A DNA stretch of 36,895 nucleotides, counting the filler, from Nitrospiraceae bacterium (GTDB taxonomy: Bacteria; Nitrospirota; Nitrospiria; Nitrospirales; Nitrospiraceae), in the NCBI GenBank assembly GCA_037442105.1. It is 5 parts of 5 records of this genome, joined end to end, with 100 filler letters (N's around TTAATTAATTAA, not from the genome) between each part and the next. Parts side by side here need not be neighbours in the genome. Positions count along the whole stretch, not along the records: positions 21,583 to 30,170 come from JBBIQV010000058.1; positions 30,271 to 33,581 come from JBBIQV010000061.1; positions 33,682 to 36,895 come from JBBIQV010000062.1; 2 more parts are not named here. One strand, given 5' to 3'. Positions 27,981 through 36,741 of the stretch are shown one piece after another. Below the pieces are notes generated by a model that searched no databases, was not told the DNA's origin, and was given only the letters and a program-made list of their open reading frames with translations. The first letter of the stretch is position 1. Each line of letters opens with the position of its first letter. A program made the translations under genes and the position numbers.

Positions 27981-28059
27981 CCCCGGCAGTTGCAGCAGAA
28001 GCGTTCAAGAATCATGCGGGCAAGGTCTCTTCCGGCTGGTGGAGGATCGTTATTCACGC

Positions 28060-28452
28060 TCATGGTTCGACGCTCAGAACATACGGCGTGATGTCGGAGG
28101 GCCACCCGTGGCCGCCGCGATCGATCCACATTTCGGTATTCGCATCAATATGGCCGTCGTGGTTCGCGTCATACCAGTAAAACAACGGGAGGGCCAATGT
28201 TTCGACGACCGTCTCCCCGAACTCGCCGTATTCGGACTGCAGAATCTGCCGCGAAGTGATGTAATCTATGACCCCCTCTCCTCCCAGGGCATACTCCCGG
28301 GTGTACAGGCCGCTGACGATGTTCACATCTTCATTGACGAGAAAGTCCTCCCCCGGTTCCGGCGGAAGATCGCCGGCAAAGGCCAGGAGGGTTGCGCCCA
28401 AGATCACGACCGACCCCAGTGTGGCTGCGGGAATGGCGAGTGAAGCATTCAT
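28060..28452 (-). CDS. Secreted acidic hypothetical protein
   Basis: Signal-peptide-like N-terminus, RBS GGAGG, DANHDGHID Ca-binding-like loop. Confidence 0.65.
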   Translation of the reverse strand: MNASLAIPAATLGSVVILGATLLAFAGDLPPEPGEDFLVNEDVNIVSGLYTREYALGGEGVIDYITSRQILQSEYGEFGETVVETLALPLFYWYDANHDGHIDANTEMWIDRGGHGWPSDITPYVLSVEP

Positions 28453-28544
28453 GGCCTCCTCCCGTTATTTGGATATCGGTTGCACGGGCTGCATACTTTA
28501 CTTTCTACTCGCACATCTTCCAGCCGGACTATTCCCCGCACGGA

Positions 28545-28767
28545 TGGGAGCCTGCCCCTAAAGGATCACAAGTGGGACTTTGGGCTGGTCTTCACACAAC
28601 AGGAATGGGGAGCATTACACTGCCGTGCTCGGCACAGGCAGGCAGGCCCGGAAAAACCGGAGGCGTATTCGTTGGAATACGGTGAGGATTTTTCGGGGCC
28701 GAGAACGACGCAGATGGCCGCAGATCGTGCGCCGCAGTAGAAAGGTCAATGTCGGACAGGCTCCATT
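28545..28767 (+). mobile_element. Possible degenerate IS remnant abutting the truncated mazF
   Basis: Short inverted GGAGCCTG ends; VFTQQEWGALHCR..PEKP is reminiscent of an IS4/IS50 transposase C-terminus. Confidence 0.25.
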
Positions 28768-28974
28768 GGGGAGGCCCTTTGACTGAAGTTCAAGAGTGAG
28801 AGGAAACGCCGCTCGTTGAGGTTGGCTCGTGAGCGCGACCGCGATCACCGTGCCGGAGCGTTCATTGAACACGTCGTGGCTGAGGATGAGCACGGGGCGC
28901 AGCCCCGCTTGTTCCTTGCCGCGGACCGGGTTGAGGTCGGCCCAGCGAATCTCTCCCCTTAGTATTTGGGCCAT
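28768..28974 (-). pseudogene. mazF: MazF/PemK toxin truncated after 69 codons
   Basis: ILRGEIRWADLNPVRGKEQAGLRPVLILSHDVFN..ALTS; homology stops at KGLP and the SQIRTL motif is absent. Confidence 0.85.
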
Positions 28975-29201
28975 TCCGAAGCATCCTCAGACAGGCCTTC
29001 CTCGGCAAGAGCCTTCTCAAATGCCGGATCGAGGTTTCGCACACTCCCTGGCCAAGCGGCTTCTTTCCAAACGTGCCAGTTTTCCTCCACGGCTTCCTGA
29101 ATCGCCTGACTGCGGCTTGGAAAGGCGGCCTTCTCGACAAGCTTATCGAGGCGTGCCAACGTCGACTCATTGAGGGAGATCGCAACTTTTGATCTGGACA
29201 T
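28959..29201 (-). CDS. CopG/RHH antitoxin with two compensating frameshifts
   Basis: KVAISLNESTLARLD..SRSQAIQEAVEE; alternate frame reads LARLERSRLARECAK before LDPAFEKALAEEG..WPKY. Confidence 0.8.
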   Translation of the reverse strand: MSRSKVAISLNESTLARLDKLVEKAAFPSRSQAIQEAVEENWHVWKEAAWPGSVRNLDPAFEKALAEEGLSEDASEWPKY

Positions 29202-29267
29202 TGTACACCTCTGGGTATGGCCATACGTCATACCTCAGTCCTGGTCAAGGCCTCTTATCACGTCGGA

Positions 29268-29324
29268 GCCGAACGTTAGGATGAGCGACGCGTCGTTCGC
29301 GTTCGCTCTATCCTTCTGTGAGCC
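29268..29324 (-). other. Degenerate integron attC site
   Basis: GGCTCAC-aga-AGGAT-a-GAGCG-a-ACGCG-aacga-CGCGT-CGCTC-ATCCT-aac-GTTCGGC; 57 bp with two extrahelical bases. Confidence 0.75.
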
Positions 29325-29584
29325 GCTCGGCGATGTAAAACCGCTTTTTTCATCTCTTCTAGAGACAAAGTCTTGCCAGCGGCAAATTGACGTCGTGACT
29401 TCGCGATGATTTTCAAGAACTCCGGATGTGAACTCAAAGCCAGCGATTCTCGATCCACATTCCGTAATGGCACAACCGCTGCCACAGGTCTGTTGCGGTC
29501 AGTGACGAGCACTATTTGGTCATCCAATTCCTTCGCGTACTCTGCTAGTGAGCGAGAAGCGCTTGCAAGTGTTATGGTTTTCAT
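29276..29584 (-). CDS. Phd/YefM-like antitoxin
   Basis: ASRSLAEYA..IVLVTDRNRPVAAVVPL..D.ESLALSSHPEFLKIIAKSR; C-terminus runs into the attC. Confidence 0.82.
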   Translation of the reverse strand: MKTITLASASRSLAEYAKELDDQIVLVTDRNRPVAAVVPLRNVDRESLALSSHPEFLKIIAKSRRQFAAGKTLSLEEMKKAVLHRRAAHRRIERTRTTRRSS

Positions 29585-29880
29585 AGCTCGATCTCCTTGC
29601 CGGCTATTCGAACAACATTTCCTTTCTTCTTCCCTACGGCCATAATGCGAACGACCCCAGAGCCGCCAGGAACGACTTCATAGAATACCCGGAGGGTTCC
29701 GATTCTTAGCTCCCAAGGTGCAACGGGGTTCGGACGGAGAGGTTTCCGATTCCGCGTTTCAACCAGTGGGTCGTGCAGTAGCTGTTGCTCGATCATTTCC
29801 AACGCCGTTGATTGCTCTCTCGCCGTCAATGCCTCTAAATGGTGTCTCACGTCCGCGGCAAACTTAATTTTGTACGGCAT
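29581..29880 (-). CDS. RelE-family toxin
   Basis: YKIKFA..IEQQLLHDP.VETRNRKPLRPNPVAPWELRIG.LRVFYEV..IMAVGKK. Confidence 0.88.
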   Translation of the reverse strand: MPYKIKFAADVRHHLEALTAREQSTALEMIEQQLLHDPLVETRNRKPLRPNPVAPWELRIGTLRVFYEVVPGGSGVVRIMAVGKKKGNVVRIAGKEIEL

Positions 29881-29959
29881 TGCCGCTATCGTACCAGAAA
29901 TGAGAGCGGAGGTCTGTACGCAGGAAGAACCGCGCGAGAATGCAAGCTGCCAGCCATCC

Positions 29960-29990
29960 GGCTAACGGCCCGCGTTGGGCGGCGTTTGGT
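29960..29990 (-). other. 3' half of an attC site (core GTTAGCC)
   Basis: aaacgccgcccaacgcgggccGTTAGCC just after the hydrolase stop and upstream of the TA cassette. Confidence 0.5.
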
Positions 29991-29998
29991 TGCAAAGA

Positions 29999-30169
29999 TT
30001 ACAGTGCAGTCAGGTGGCTCACCAATTCCTCTGGCGCAGAGAGAAATGGCGAGTGGCTGGTGTTCATCGAAATCACTTTCTGGCATGGCACAGCGGTATA
30101 CATCTTCTTCTGCAATGAGGGTGAAACCCCTCTATCCTGCAAGCATTCAATATAGACTCTGGGTATCCG
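29999..30169 (-). CDS. Alpha/beta hydrolase (esterase-like) C-terminal part, cut by contig edge
   Basis: IPRVYIECLQDRGVSPSLQKKM..VISMNTSHSPFLSAPEELVSHL* (catalytic Asp and His context); not in the ORF track. Confidence 0.8.
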   Translation of the reverse strand, partial: RIPRVYIECLQDRGVSPSLQKKMYTAVPCQKVISMNTSHSPFLSAPEELVSHLTAL

Positions 30170-30170
30170 T

Positions 30171-30270
30171 NNNNNNNNNNNNNNNNNNNNNNNNNNNNNN
30201 NNNNNNNNNNNNNNTTAATTAATTAANNNNNNNNNNNNNNNNNNNNNNNNNNNNNNNNNNNNNNNNNNNN
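30171..30270. other. Artificial contig linker
   Basis: N44-TTAATTAATTAA-N44. Confidence 0.98.
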
Positions 30271-30271
30271 T

Positions 30272-30367
30272 ACACCTTTCAATGGGGCCTTCCTCGTGAA
30301 CGGAACCAAAGTTGCCGATGCCTCAACGACGTTCGCGTTACCACAAGTCTATCGAGGGGCCATCTAG
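30272..30367 (+). pseudogene. Fragment of a second FadL/OmpP1 paralog ending in a premature stop
   Basis: PFNGAFLVNGTKVADASTTFALPQVYRGAI* aligns with PLNGALSANGGKVADTKSSILLPESYTAGI of 24245-25415. Confidence 0.7.
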
Positions 30368-30440
30368 GAACTGCGTCGGTCAAGATGCAGTTTTAGCGTA
30401 AAGGCTTAGTCTGAAACGTAAGCCTCAGAGTGGGCCGGCT

Positions 30441-32246
30441 CTACCGAAGAGCTTTTCGGATTTCCCCCACTGTTCGTTCGTCAATGCCGAGTTCCCGGAA
30501 CGATTCGTCCGTAGCCTGAGCGATCTTGTCCACGCTGCCGAACTTTTTGAGCAACTTGTTCCGCTTGATCTCACCGACGCCGATAATCTGATCGAGCTTG
30601 GACGCGACCAGGGCCTTGCCTCTCAGCTTGCGGTGGTAGGTAATGGCGAAACGGTGAGCCTCGTCTCGGATGCGTTGGAGAAGGTGGGTGGCGGGCGAAG
30701 ACGGTTTGAGGATGATCGGGTTCTTGCGGCCCGGCAAGAAGATGCGCTCTTCCTTCTCGCCGCGCGCCTTGGCCAATCCGATCATGGGAAGGCCGTCCCG
30801 GCCTGCTCGCTTGAGTCCTTCCGTCGCCGCGGCCAGTTGGCCGAGGCCTCCATCAATTAACACCAAATCAGGGAGCGGGAGGTCTTCCGCTTCGCCGTAA
30901 CGGCGCATGACGGCCTCCTTCATACTGGCAAAGTCGTTCGCGCCGGTCACAGACTGGATTTTGAATTTCCGATAGTCCGCCTTTTTCGCCTGGCCCTCTT
31001 CCCACACCACGAGCGAAGCGACCGATTGGTTGCCCATCGTGTTGGAGATGTCGAAACCTTCGATGCGGCGGGGCGCGTTTTCCAAGCGAAGCAAACGCTT
31101 CAGCTCTTCCGTGGCCTGACGGTCGAGCTCCTCGTTTCGCAGATGGTCGGTGACTGAAGCGGCTGCGTTCTCTTCCGCGAGCAACAGGAGTTGATGTTTG
31201 GCGCCCCGCTCCGGGGCGCTGATGCGCACGGGGTCGCCTCGCTTCTCCGACAGCCACTGCTCGATCAGGGCGGTCTCCGCCAACGGAATAGGAATCAACA
31301 GTTCCTTTGGGGGCTGGCCGTCTTTGTTGTAGAACTGCTCGATCGCGGAGCGGACCAATTCTTCGTCGCTGGCGTCTGCCGACTGAGGCCAGAAGAAGTC
31401 TTTCCTGCCGATGAGGAGCCCGCCGCGCACGAACAACATCTGGAGGTCCACAGCGGTTCCCTGCCGAGCCAGACCGATGACATCCTGGTCGGTGGATGCA
31501 GTCTGGGTGATCCGCTGTTTCTCCAGGGTCCGTTCGATCTTGAACAGCCGGTCGCGCAGCCTGGCCGCTTCCTCGAAATCTTCCCGATCTGCTGCTGCCT
31601 CCATCTGGGCCCGGAGATCGTCGAGTAATTCTCGATCCCGTCCTTCCAAGAACTGCCGGACCTGCTTGACGATCCGGAGGTACTCCTCGCTGGTTTGGTT
31701 GCCGATGCAGGGGGCCATGCAGCGCTTGATTTCGAATTCGATGCAGGCGCGCTCGGCGGTGCCATTGATCTCGATCGTGCAGGTCGCAAGAGGAAACACC
31801 TTCTTGAAGACCTTGAGCGTTTCGCGCAAGGCCCCGGCCGGCGTGTAGGGGCCGTAGTAAAGGGCGCCGTCTTTCTGCACGCGGCGGACAATGGACAGCC
31901 GAGGGAAGTTCTCTTTGATAGGGAGACGCAGATAGGGATACTGTTTGTCGTCCCGCAGGACGACGTTGAACCGGGGGCGGTGGCGCTTGATGAGGTTGCT
32001 CTCGAGAATCAGAGCTTCCAGATCAGACCGGGTGACGATCGTTTCCAGATCGGTCACCTGGCTGACCAGCAGGCTCGTCTTGGGCGTATGATCCGTGCTC
32101 TTCTGGAAGTAGGACCGGACGCGATCAGAGAGAGCCGCCGCTTTGCCGATGTAGAGAATTTCTCCCCTGGCGCTTTTGAGCAGATAGACGCCCGGTTTGT
32201 CGGGAAGGTGATCGAGTTTGGATTGGAGAACGGTTGAAGCGGCCAT
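30441..32246 (-). CDS. uvrC: Excinuclease ABC subunit C
   Basis: GIY-YIG PGVY..YIGKA, UVR domain, RIEGFDISN, LIDGG.GQL, RDEAHRFA, HhH. Confidence 0.98.
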   Translation of the reverse strand: MAASTVLQSKLDHLPDKPGVYLLKSARGEILYIGKAAALSDRVRSYFQKSTDHTPKTSLLVSQVTDLETIVTRSDLEALILESNLIKRHRPRFNVVLRDDKQYPYLRLPIKENFPRLSIVRRVQKDGALYYGPYTPAGALRETLKVFKKVFPLATCTIEINGTAERACIEFEIKRCMAPCIGNQTSEEYLRIVKQVRQFLEGRDRELLDDLRAQMEAAADREDFEEAARLRDRLFKIERTLEKQRITQTASTDQDVIGLARQGTAVDLQMLFVRGGLLIGRKDFFWPQSADASDEELVRSAIEQFYNKDGQPPKELLIPIPLAETALIEQWLSEKRGDPVRISAPERGAKHQLLLLAEENAAASVTDHLRNEELDRQATEELKRLLRLENAPRRIEGFDISNTMGNQSVASLVVWEEGQAKKADYRKFKIQSVTGANDFASMKEAVMRRYGEAEDLPLPDLVLIDGGLGQLAAATEGLKRAGRDGLPMIGLAKARGEKEERIFLPGRKNPIILKPSSPATHLLQRIRDEAHRFAITYHRKLRGKALVASKLDQIIGVGEIKRNKLLKKFGSVDKIAQATDESFRELGIDERTVGEIRKALR

Positions 32247-32250
32247 ACAA

Positions 32251-32384
32251 CTATCAGCTTTCAGCTCTCAGCAGTCAGCAGTTAGCCAGAAAGACCAGAT
32301 GACCCCCCTCATTGTACGGCGTGCAAGGTGGACGGACAACCTGGGGCTAGGATTCCGAAGCTGATAGCTGATCGCTGGTAGCGA
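32251..32384. repeat. Inverted heptamer array (TATCAGC / GCTGATA family)
   Basis: ctatcag ctttcag ctctcag cagtcag cagttag ... gctgata gctgatc gctggta. Confidence 0.8.
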
Positions 32385-32385
32385 C

Positions 32386-33255
32386 TCAGCGCAGCGCCCG
32401 CGCAAACGACGGGCTGAGCGTCCCTCTTGCCACTTCCGCGACCGGGCCTTTCATGGTGAGGCTGAAATCCTGAGCCACGTCGATGTGCAGTGTCCCGCCT
32501 GACATCTTCACCGTGACAGGGCTTTGCACGAGGCCCAGGCGTACAGCGGCGCTGGCTGCGGCGCAGGAAGATGACCCCGAGGCTTGAGTTTCGCCAGCAC
32601 CACGTTCCCAAATCAGGATGGAGATTTCCTTGGGGCCGGTGGGCACCGCAAGTTGAACATTGGTCCGTTTCGGAAACAGGGGGTGATTTTCCAGCTCAGG
32701 GCCTAACACGAGCAGTTCATCTCGCGTCCATTGCGCTTCCTTCGGTTTGAAGATCACGCAGTGGGGGTTGCCGACACTGACACCCGTAAAGCTGAGCTCC
32801 TGGCCGGCGACAGTGATCGGCTGAGTGATGAGTTCATCGACCGCGAGTTTACAGGGGAGCGCGTCCGGTTTGAACGTCGCCTGGCCCATCTCCACGGTCA
32901 CTGCGCTCGCATCGCCATGCCGGTCCACATGAAGGTCGATGGTGACCAGCCCACCCTTGGTGTCCACGGTGAAGTGCCGGCGCTTGGTTTTTCCGGTTGC
33001 ATGGAGGTAGCGGGCGAAGATGCGAAGGCCGTTGCCGGATTTTTCCGCCTCGCTGCCGTCCGGATTGAAAATGCGAAGTCCGAAGTCGGCCTTCTTAGAA
33101 GACACAAGTGCGAGGATGCCATCGCTGCCGAGGCCCCAGTGACGGTCGCAAATCGCCCGAACATTCGCCGACGTCAGTTTGAACGTCAATTCCTTGGGGT
33201 CCATGACCAGATAGTCGTTGCCGAGTCCGTGACCGCGGAAGAAACCGTTCTTCAT
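32386..33255 (-). CDS. dapF: Diaminopimelate epimerase family protein
   Basis: HGLGNDY, GSDG, FNPDGSEAEKSGNGLR, VGNPH, WERGAGETQASGSS; Ser in place of both catalytic Cys. Confidence 0.9.
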   Translation of the reverse strand: MKNGFFRGHGLGNDYLVMDPKELTFKLTSANVRAICDRHWGLGSDGILALVSSKKADFGLRIFNPDGSEAEKSGNGLRIFARYLHATGKTKRRHFTVDTKGGLVTIDLHVDRHGDASAVTVEMGQATFKPDALPCKLAVDELITQPITVAGQELSFTGVSVGNPHCVIFKPKEAQWTRDELLVLGPELENHPLFPKRTNVQLAVPTGPKEISILIWERGAGETQASGSSSCAAASAAVRLGLVQSPVTVKMSGGTLHIDVAQDFSLTMKGPVAEVARGTLSPSFARALR

Positions 33256-33271
33256 TCTGTGTGTCTCCTTA

Positions 33272-33488
33272 GTTAGCGAACAGCGAATAGCAAGTAGCGA
33301 ACAGCAAGCAGATTGCCGGCGAGTAAAGAGCGACTCATAATATTCCTCTCTCCGTGACCCCGTATAGAGAAATATGTGATGAGGGAAGCTGAACCCGTAG
33401 ATCGGACCGGGGACGGTTTACTTTGAGCGGTTCGTTCTCCGAAGCCATTCTCCATTCGCTATTAGCTATTCGCTACCAGCTACTCGCT
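33272..33488. repeat. Inverted heptamer array (GCGAATA family) around a roughly 140-nt spacer
   Basis: gcgaaca gcgaata gcaagta gcgaaca ... cattcgc tattagc tattcgc taccagc tactcgc. Confidence 0.8.
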
Positions 33489-33581
33489 GGTTTTAGACGA
33501 TCTTCACTCCGGCCGGTCGTTCAATGGAGGGTGTGTCAGACTTAGTTGAAATTTGACGAAGCGGCTCGCTTTGTGGTGTGT

Positions 33582-33681
33582 NNNNNNNNNNNNNNNNNNN
33601 NNNNNNNNNNNNNNNNNNNNNNNNNTTAATTAATTAANNNNNNNNNNNNNNNNNNNNNNNNNNNNNNNNNNNNNNNNNNNN
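33582..33681. other. Artificial contig linker
   Basis: N44-TTAATTAATTAA-N44. Confidence 0.98.
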
Positions 33682-34468
33682 TGCGGTCGCCTTGATGGCC
33701 GATAGTACGTCGCGCTGGGCTGAGGCAACGCGTGAAATCTCGGCGCGGCTTGAAGAGATGCCCGGTGAAGAAGGATATCCGACGTACCTCTCGACGAAGC
33801 TGGCAGGATTCTATGAACGCGGAGGCCGTGTCTGTTGTCTGGGACAACCGGATCGCCAGGGATCCGTCACCATTGTGTCGGCGATTTCCCCTCCCGGCGG
33901 CGATTTTTCAGAGCCGGTTACTCAAAGTTCCATGCAGGTCGCCGGTGGCCTCTGGGCGCTCGATGCCGATCTCGCCCATCGTCGGCATTTTCCCGCGGTC
34001 AATTGGAAGCGAAGTTTTTCGTTGTACACGGCTCCGCTCGACCCCTGGTTTTGCGCTCATGTTGCGGTTGACTGGCCTCAGCTTCGGGCCGACTTGGCGT
34101 CGCTCCTTCAGAAAGAAGAAGAGTTGCAGGAGATTGTGCAGTTGGTGGGGATTGATGCCCTCCAGGATCAGGAACGAATTGTGTTGGAAGTAAGCCGACT
34201 GATCCGTGAGGAGTACTTTCGGCAAAGCGCTTTCTCTGAAGTCGAAGGCGCTTGCCCGCTCCATAAACAGTACTGGATGCTCAAGGCTCTGTTGCAGTTT
34301 CTCCTGTACTGCCGGGCTTCGCTCAAGAAAGGGCGTCCGATTGAAGAACTCCTGCTCTCCGGGTTCCGAAGCGAGTTGGAACAGATGAAGGAAACGCCGC
34401 CCGACCGGTGCGTCGAGCAGGCCAAGGCGTTGGTTGAGAAGATGGAGCGGGAATTGGAGAAACCGTGA
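33682..34468 (+). CDS. ntpA: V/A-type ATP synthase subunit A, 3' part
   Basis: MADSTSRWAEA.REIS.RLEEMPGEEGYP.YL, SPPGGDFSEPVTQ, RRHFPAVNW. Confidence 0.96.
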
Positions 34469-34470
34469 AG

Positions 34471-34547
34471 GGTGATGGGTGAACTGTGATGGGTACTGAG
34501 AGGGAACCTCTGCTGACACCGATCACCCATCACCGATCACTCATCAC
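34471..34547. repeat. Inverted heptamer array (GGTGATG family)
   Basis: ggtgatg ggtgaac tgtgatg ... ccgatca cccatca ccgatca ctcatca. Confidence 0.8.
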
Positions 34548-34559
34548 TTGCATTGACGC

Positions 34560-36020
34560 ATGGACGATCTGATCACCCGAGAGTATCAAACGGTATCCGG
34601 CATCGCCGGTCCCCTTCTCTTTGTAGAGCGGATGACTCGCGCATCGCTCGGCGAGATGGTTGAGATCATCCACGGCAGCGGAGAGACACGGCGCGGTCAG
34701 GTGATCGAGTTGTCTGAACAGCATGCCGTGATTCAGGTGCTCGAAGAAACAACAGGCTTGGCGGTGAAGGGGACCAAGGTCCGGTTGCTGGAATCAGCCG
34801 CAATGATGGATCTGTCGCCGGATCTGCTTGGCCGACGATTCAACGGTGCTGGGATGCCGATTGACGGACTGCCGCCGATCATCCCGGACCTGCGACGAGA
34901 GATCATCGGGCAACCGATCAATCCCGTGGCGCGCGATAAACCTGCCCATTTCATTCAAACCGGGATCTCAACCATCGACGGCCTCAACACGCTGGTACGG
35001 GGACAAAAGCTGCCGATCTTCTCCGGAGCCGGACTGCCGGCCAAGGAATTGGCAGCTCAGATTTTGCGCCAAGCGACGGTACGGGGACTGGCTCCACCGT
35101 CTGCGGCGGTGCCTGTCCCCGTCTTGTCGGGGGAGGGAACAGGGACAGGCACCGGCCAGGAGGCCGGAGCCAGTCCCTTTGCCGTCGTCTTTGCCGCAAT
35201 GGGGGTCACGTTTCGAGAAGTGTCGTTCTTCTTAGGCGAGTTTGAACGGAGCGGGGTCATGGAGCACACGGTCGTGTTCTTGAATCTTGCCGATGATCCG
35301 ACGATCGAGCGGTTGCTGACCCCGCGATTCGCACTGACCACGGCCGAATATCTGGCCTTCACCCTCGGCAGGCATGTCCTGGTGATCCTGACGGATATGG
35401 CCGCGTATTGCGAGGCGCTGCGTCAAATCGCCACCGCGCGGGAAGAAATTCCCGGCCGGCGCGGCTATCCCGGCTATATGTACTCCGACCTGGCGTCCAT
35501 TTACGAACGAGCCGGCCGCATCAAGGAGAAGCCCGGCTCGATTACCCAACTTCCGATCGTTACCATGCCCGATGACGACATGACACACCCGATTTCCGAC
35601 TTAACGGGGTACATCACTGAAGGCCAGATTGTGCTGTCACGGGAGCTGCATCGCAAAGGCATCTTTCCTCCGATCGACGTCTTACCCTGCTTGTCACGTT
35701 TGATGAACCTTGGCATTGGTCCGGGCAAAACTCGCGAAGATCATCGCGCGGTCGCCGATCAGCTTTATGCGCTCTATGCCCACGGCCGAGACATTCGCCG
35801 GTTGGCTGCCATCGTGGGCGAAGAGGGATTGACGGACGCCGACAAGCGCTTTCTCAAGCTTGCCCAAGACTTTGAGCAGGAATTCGTAAATCAGCAAGAC
35901 CAGAATCGGTCCATTGAAGACACGTTGGACTTGGGTTGGAAATTCCTGCGCTATCTCCCGAAAGAACGGCTCACACGGGTGAGACCGGAGTTGATTGAAC
36001 GGTATTATGGGGGGACGTGA
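34560..36020 (+). CDS. ntpB: V/A-type ATP synthase subunit B with a roughly 30-aa low-complexity insertion
   Basis: [55 protein letters not shown]. Confidence 0.97.
   Translation: MDDLITREYQTVSGIAGPLLFVERMTRASLGEMVEIIHGSGETRRGQVIELSEQHAVIQVLEETTGLAVKGTKVRLLESAAMMDLSPDLLGRRFNGAGMPIDGLPPIIPDLRREIIGQPINPVARDKPAHFIQTGISTIDGLNTLVRGQKLPIFSGAGLPAKELAAQILRQATVRGLAPPSAAVPVPVLSGEGTGTGTGQEAGASPFAVVFAAMGVTFREVSFFLGEFERSGVMEHTVVFLNLADDPTIERLLTPRFALTTAEYLAFTLGRHVLVILTDMAAYCEALRQIATAREEIPGRRGYPGYMYSDLASIYERAGRIKEKPGSITQLPIVTMPDDDMTHPISDLTGYITEGQIVLSRELHRKGIFPPIDVLPCLSRLMNLGIGPGKTREDHRAVADQLYALYAHGRDIRRLAAIVGEEGLTDADKRFLKLAQDFEQEFVNQQDQNRSIEDTLDLGWKFLRYLPKERLTRVRPELIERYYGGT
35083..35177. repeat. REP-like nested palindrome inserted in frame in subunit B
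   Basis: Outer IR GGGACTGGCTCC/GGAGCCAGTCCC (12 bp); inner IR CGGTGCCTGTCCC/GGGACAGGCACCG (13 bp). Confidence 0.9.
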
Positions 36021-36096
36021 TGGGTGATGAGTAACGAGTGATGGGGAAAAGCCTGGTTCCTCAAGAACTCATCACGCATCACCCGTAACCCATCAC
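36017..36096. repeat. Inverted heptamer array (GTGATGG family)
   Basis: gtgatgg gtgatga gtaacga gtgatgg ... tcatcac gcatcac ccgtaac ccatcac. Confidence 0.85.
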
Positions 36097-36104
36097 TGTT
36101 TTTT

Positions 36105-36731
36105 ATGGATATGGTCGGCCGCACAAGAATGAATCTGCTGCTCCTGAAGCGTCAAGTGGAAGTCGCTGAACGAGGGCTGGAGCTGTTGCGCAGCAAGCGG
36201 GAGGCGCTTGTCCGGGAATTCTTTGCAGTGATGGGCTGCGTCGCGGAGAGTCGAGGACAACTGGAGCAGTCCCTGGGCCAAGCCCTTTCTTCGCTGGTCC
36301 TCGCTCTCGGCATGGACGGCCGAGCGCCTCTTCGATCGGCCGGATATGCCGCGCGCAGGAATCTGCCGATTGAGCTGACGGAACGCAACGTCTGGGGTGT
36401 TCGATTTCCAGAAGTCCGCTATGCGCCGTCCGTCCGCGCGCTCGATGTGCGAGGCTATGCGACGTCGGGTGTGTCTACCTACATCGACGAAACCGCGCAC
36501 CGTTTCGAGGAGGTATTGGAGTTCATATTTCGAAGCATCTCGGTGGAGTTGCGGCTCAAGAAGTTAGGAGCAGAAATCAAGCGAGTGACGCGCCGGATCA
36601 ACGCTCTCAACGAAGTGATGATTCCTACCCTGACCCGAGAAGTCCGGCAGATTCGACAGTCGCTCGAAGAACGCGAACGGGAAGACCTGTTTCGGATGAA
36701 GCGATTCAAATCAAGAGCGAGCAGCGAGTAG
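36105..36731 (+). CDS. ntpD: V/A-type ATP synthase subunit D
   Basis: TRMNLLLLK..A.RG.ELL..KREAL, NVWGV, EIKRVTRRINAL..IP, LEEREREDLFRMKR. Confidence 0.96.
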   Translation: MDMVGRTRMNLLLLKRQVEVAERGLELLRSKREALVREFFAVMGCVAESRGQLEQSLGQALSSLVLALGMDGRAPLRSAGYAARRNLPIELTERNVWGVRFPEVRYAPSVRALDVRGYATSGVSTYIDETAHRFEEVLEFIFRSISVELRLKKLGAEIKRVTRRINALNEVMIPTLTREVRQIRQSLEEREREDLFRMKRFKSRASSE

Positions 36732-36741
36732 CTCCTCCGGG

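Noticed and set aside
33273..33455. MENGF as a third false start duplicating dapF (MKNGF)
   Set aside because: The codons continue the heptamer period (GCGAATG GAGAATG) and only 4 residues match, so it is probably chance
33527..33581. IS terminus (GAGGGTGTGTCAGA) at the contig end
   Set aside because: No partner repeat or transposase sequence is available to support it
12324..33681. Repeated TTAATTAATTAA motif and gene linkage across it
   Set aside because: Artificial N-padded contig spacer; ORFs running into it and cross-contig synteny are artefacts
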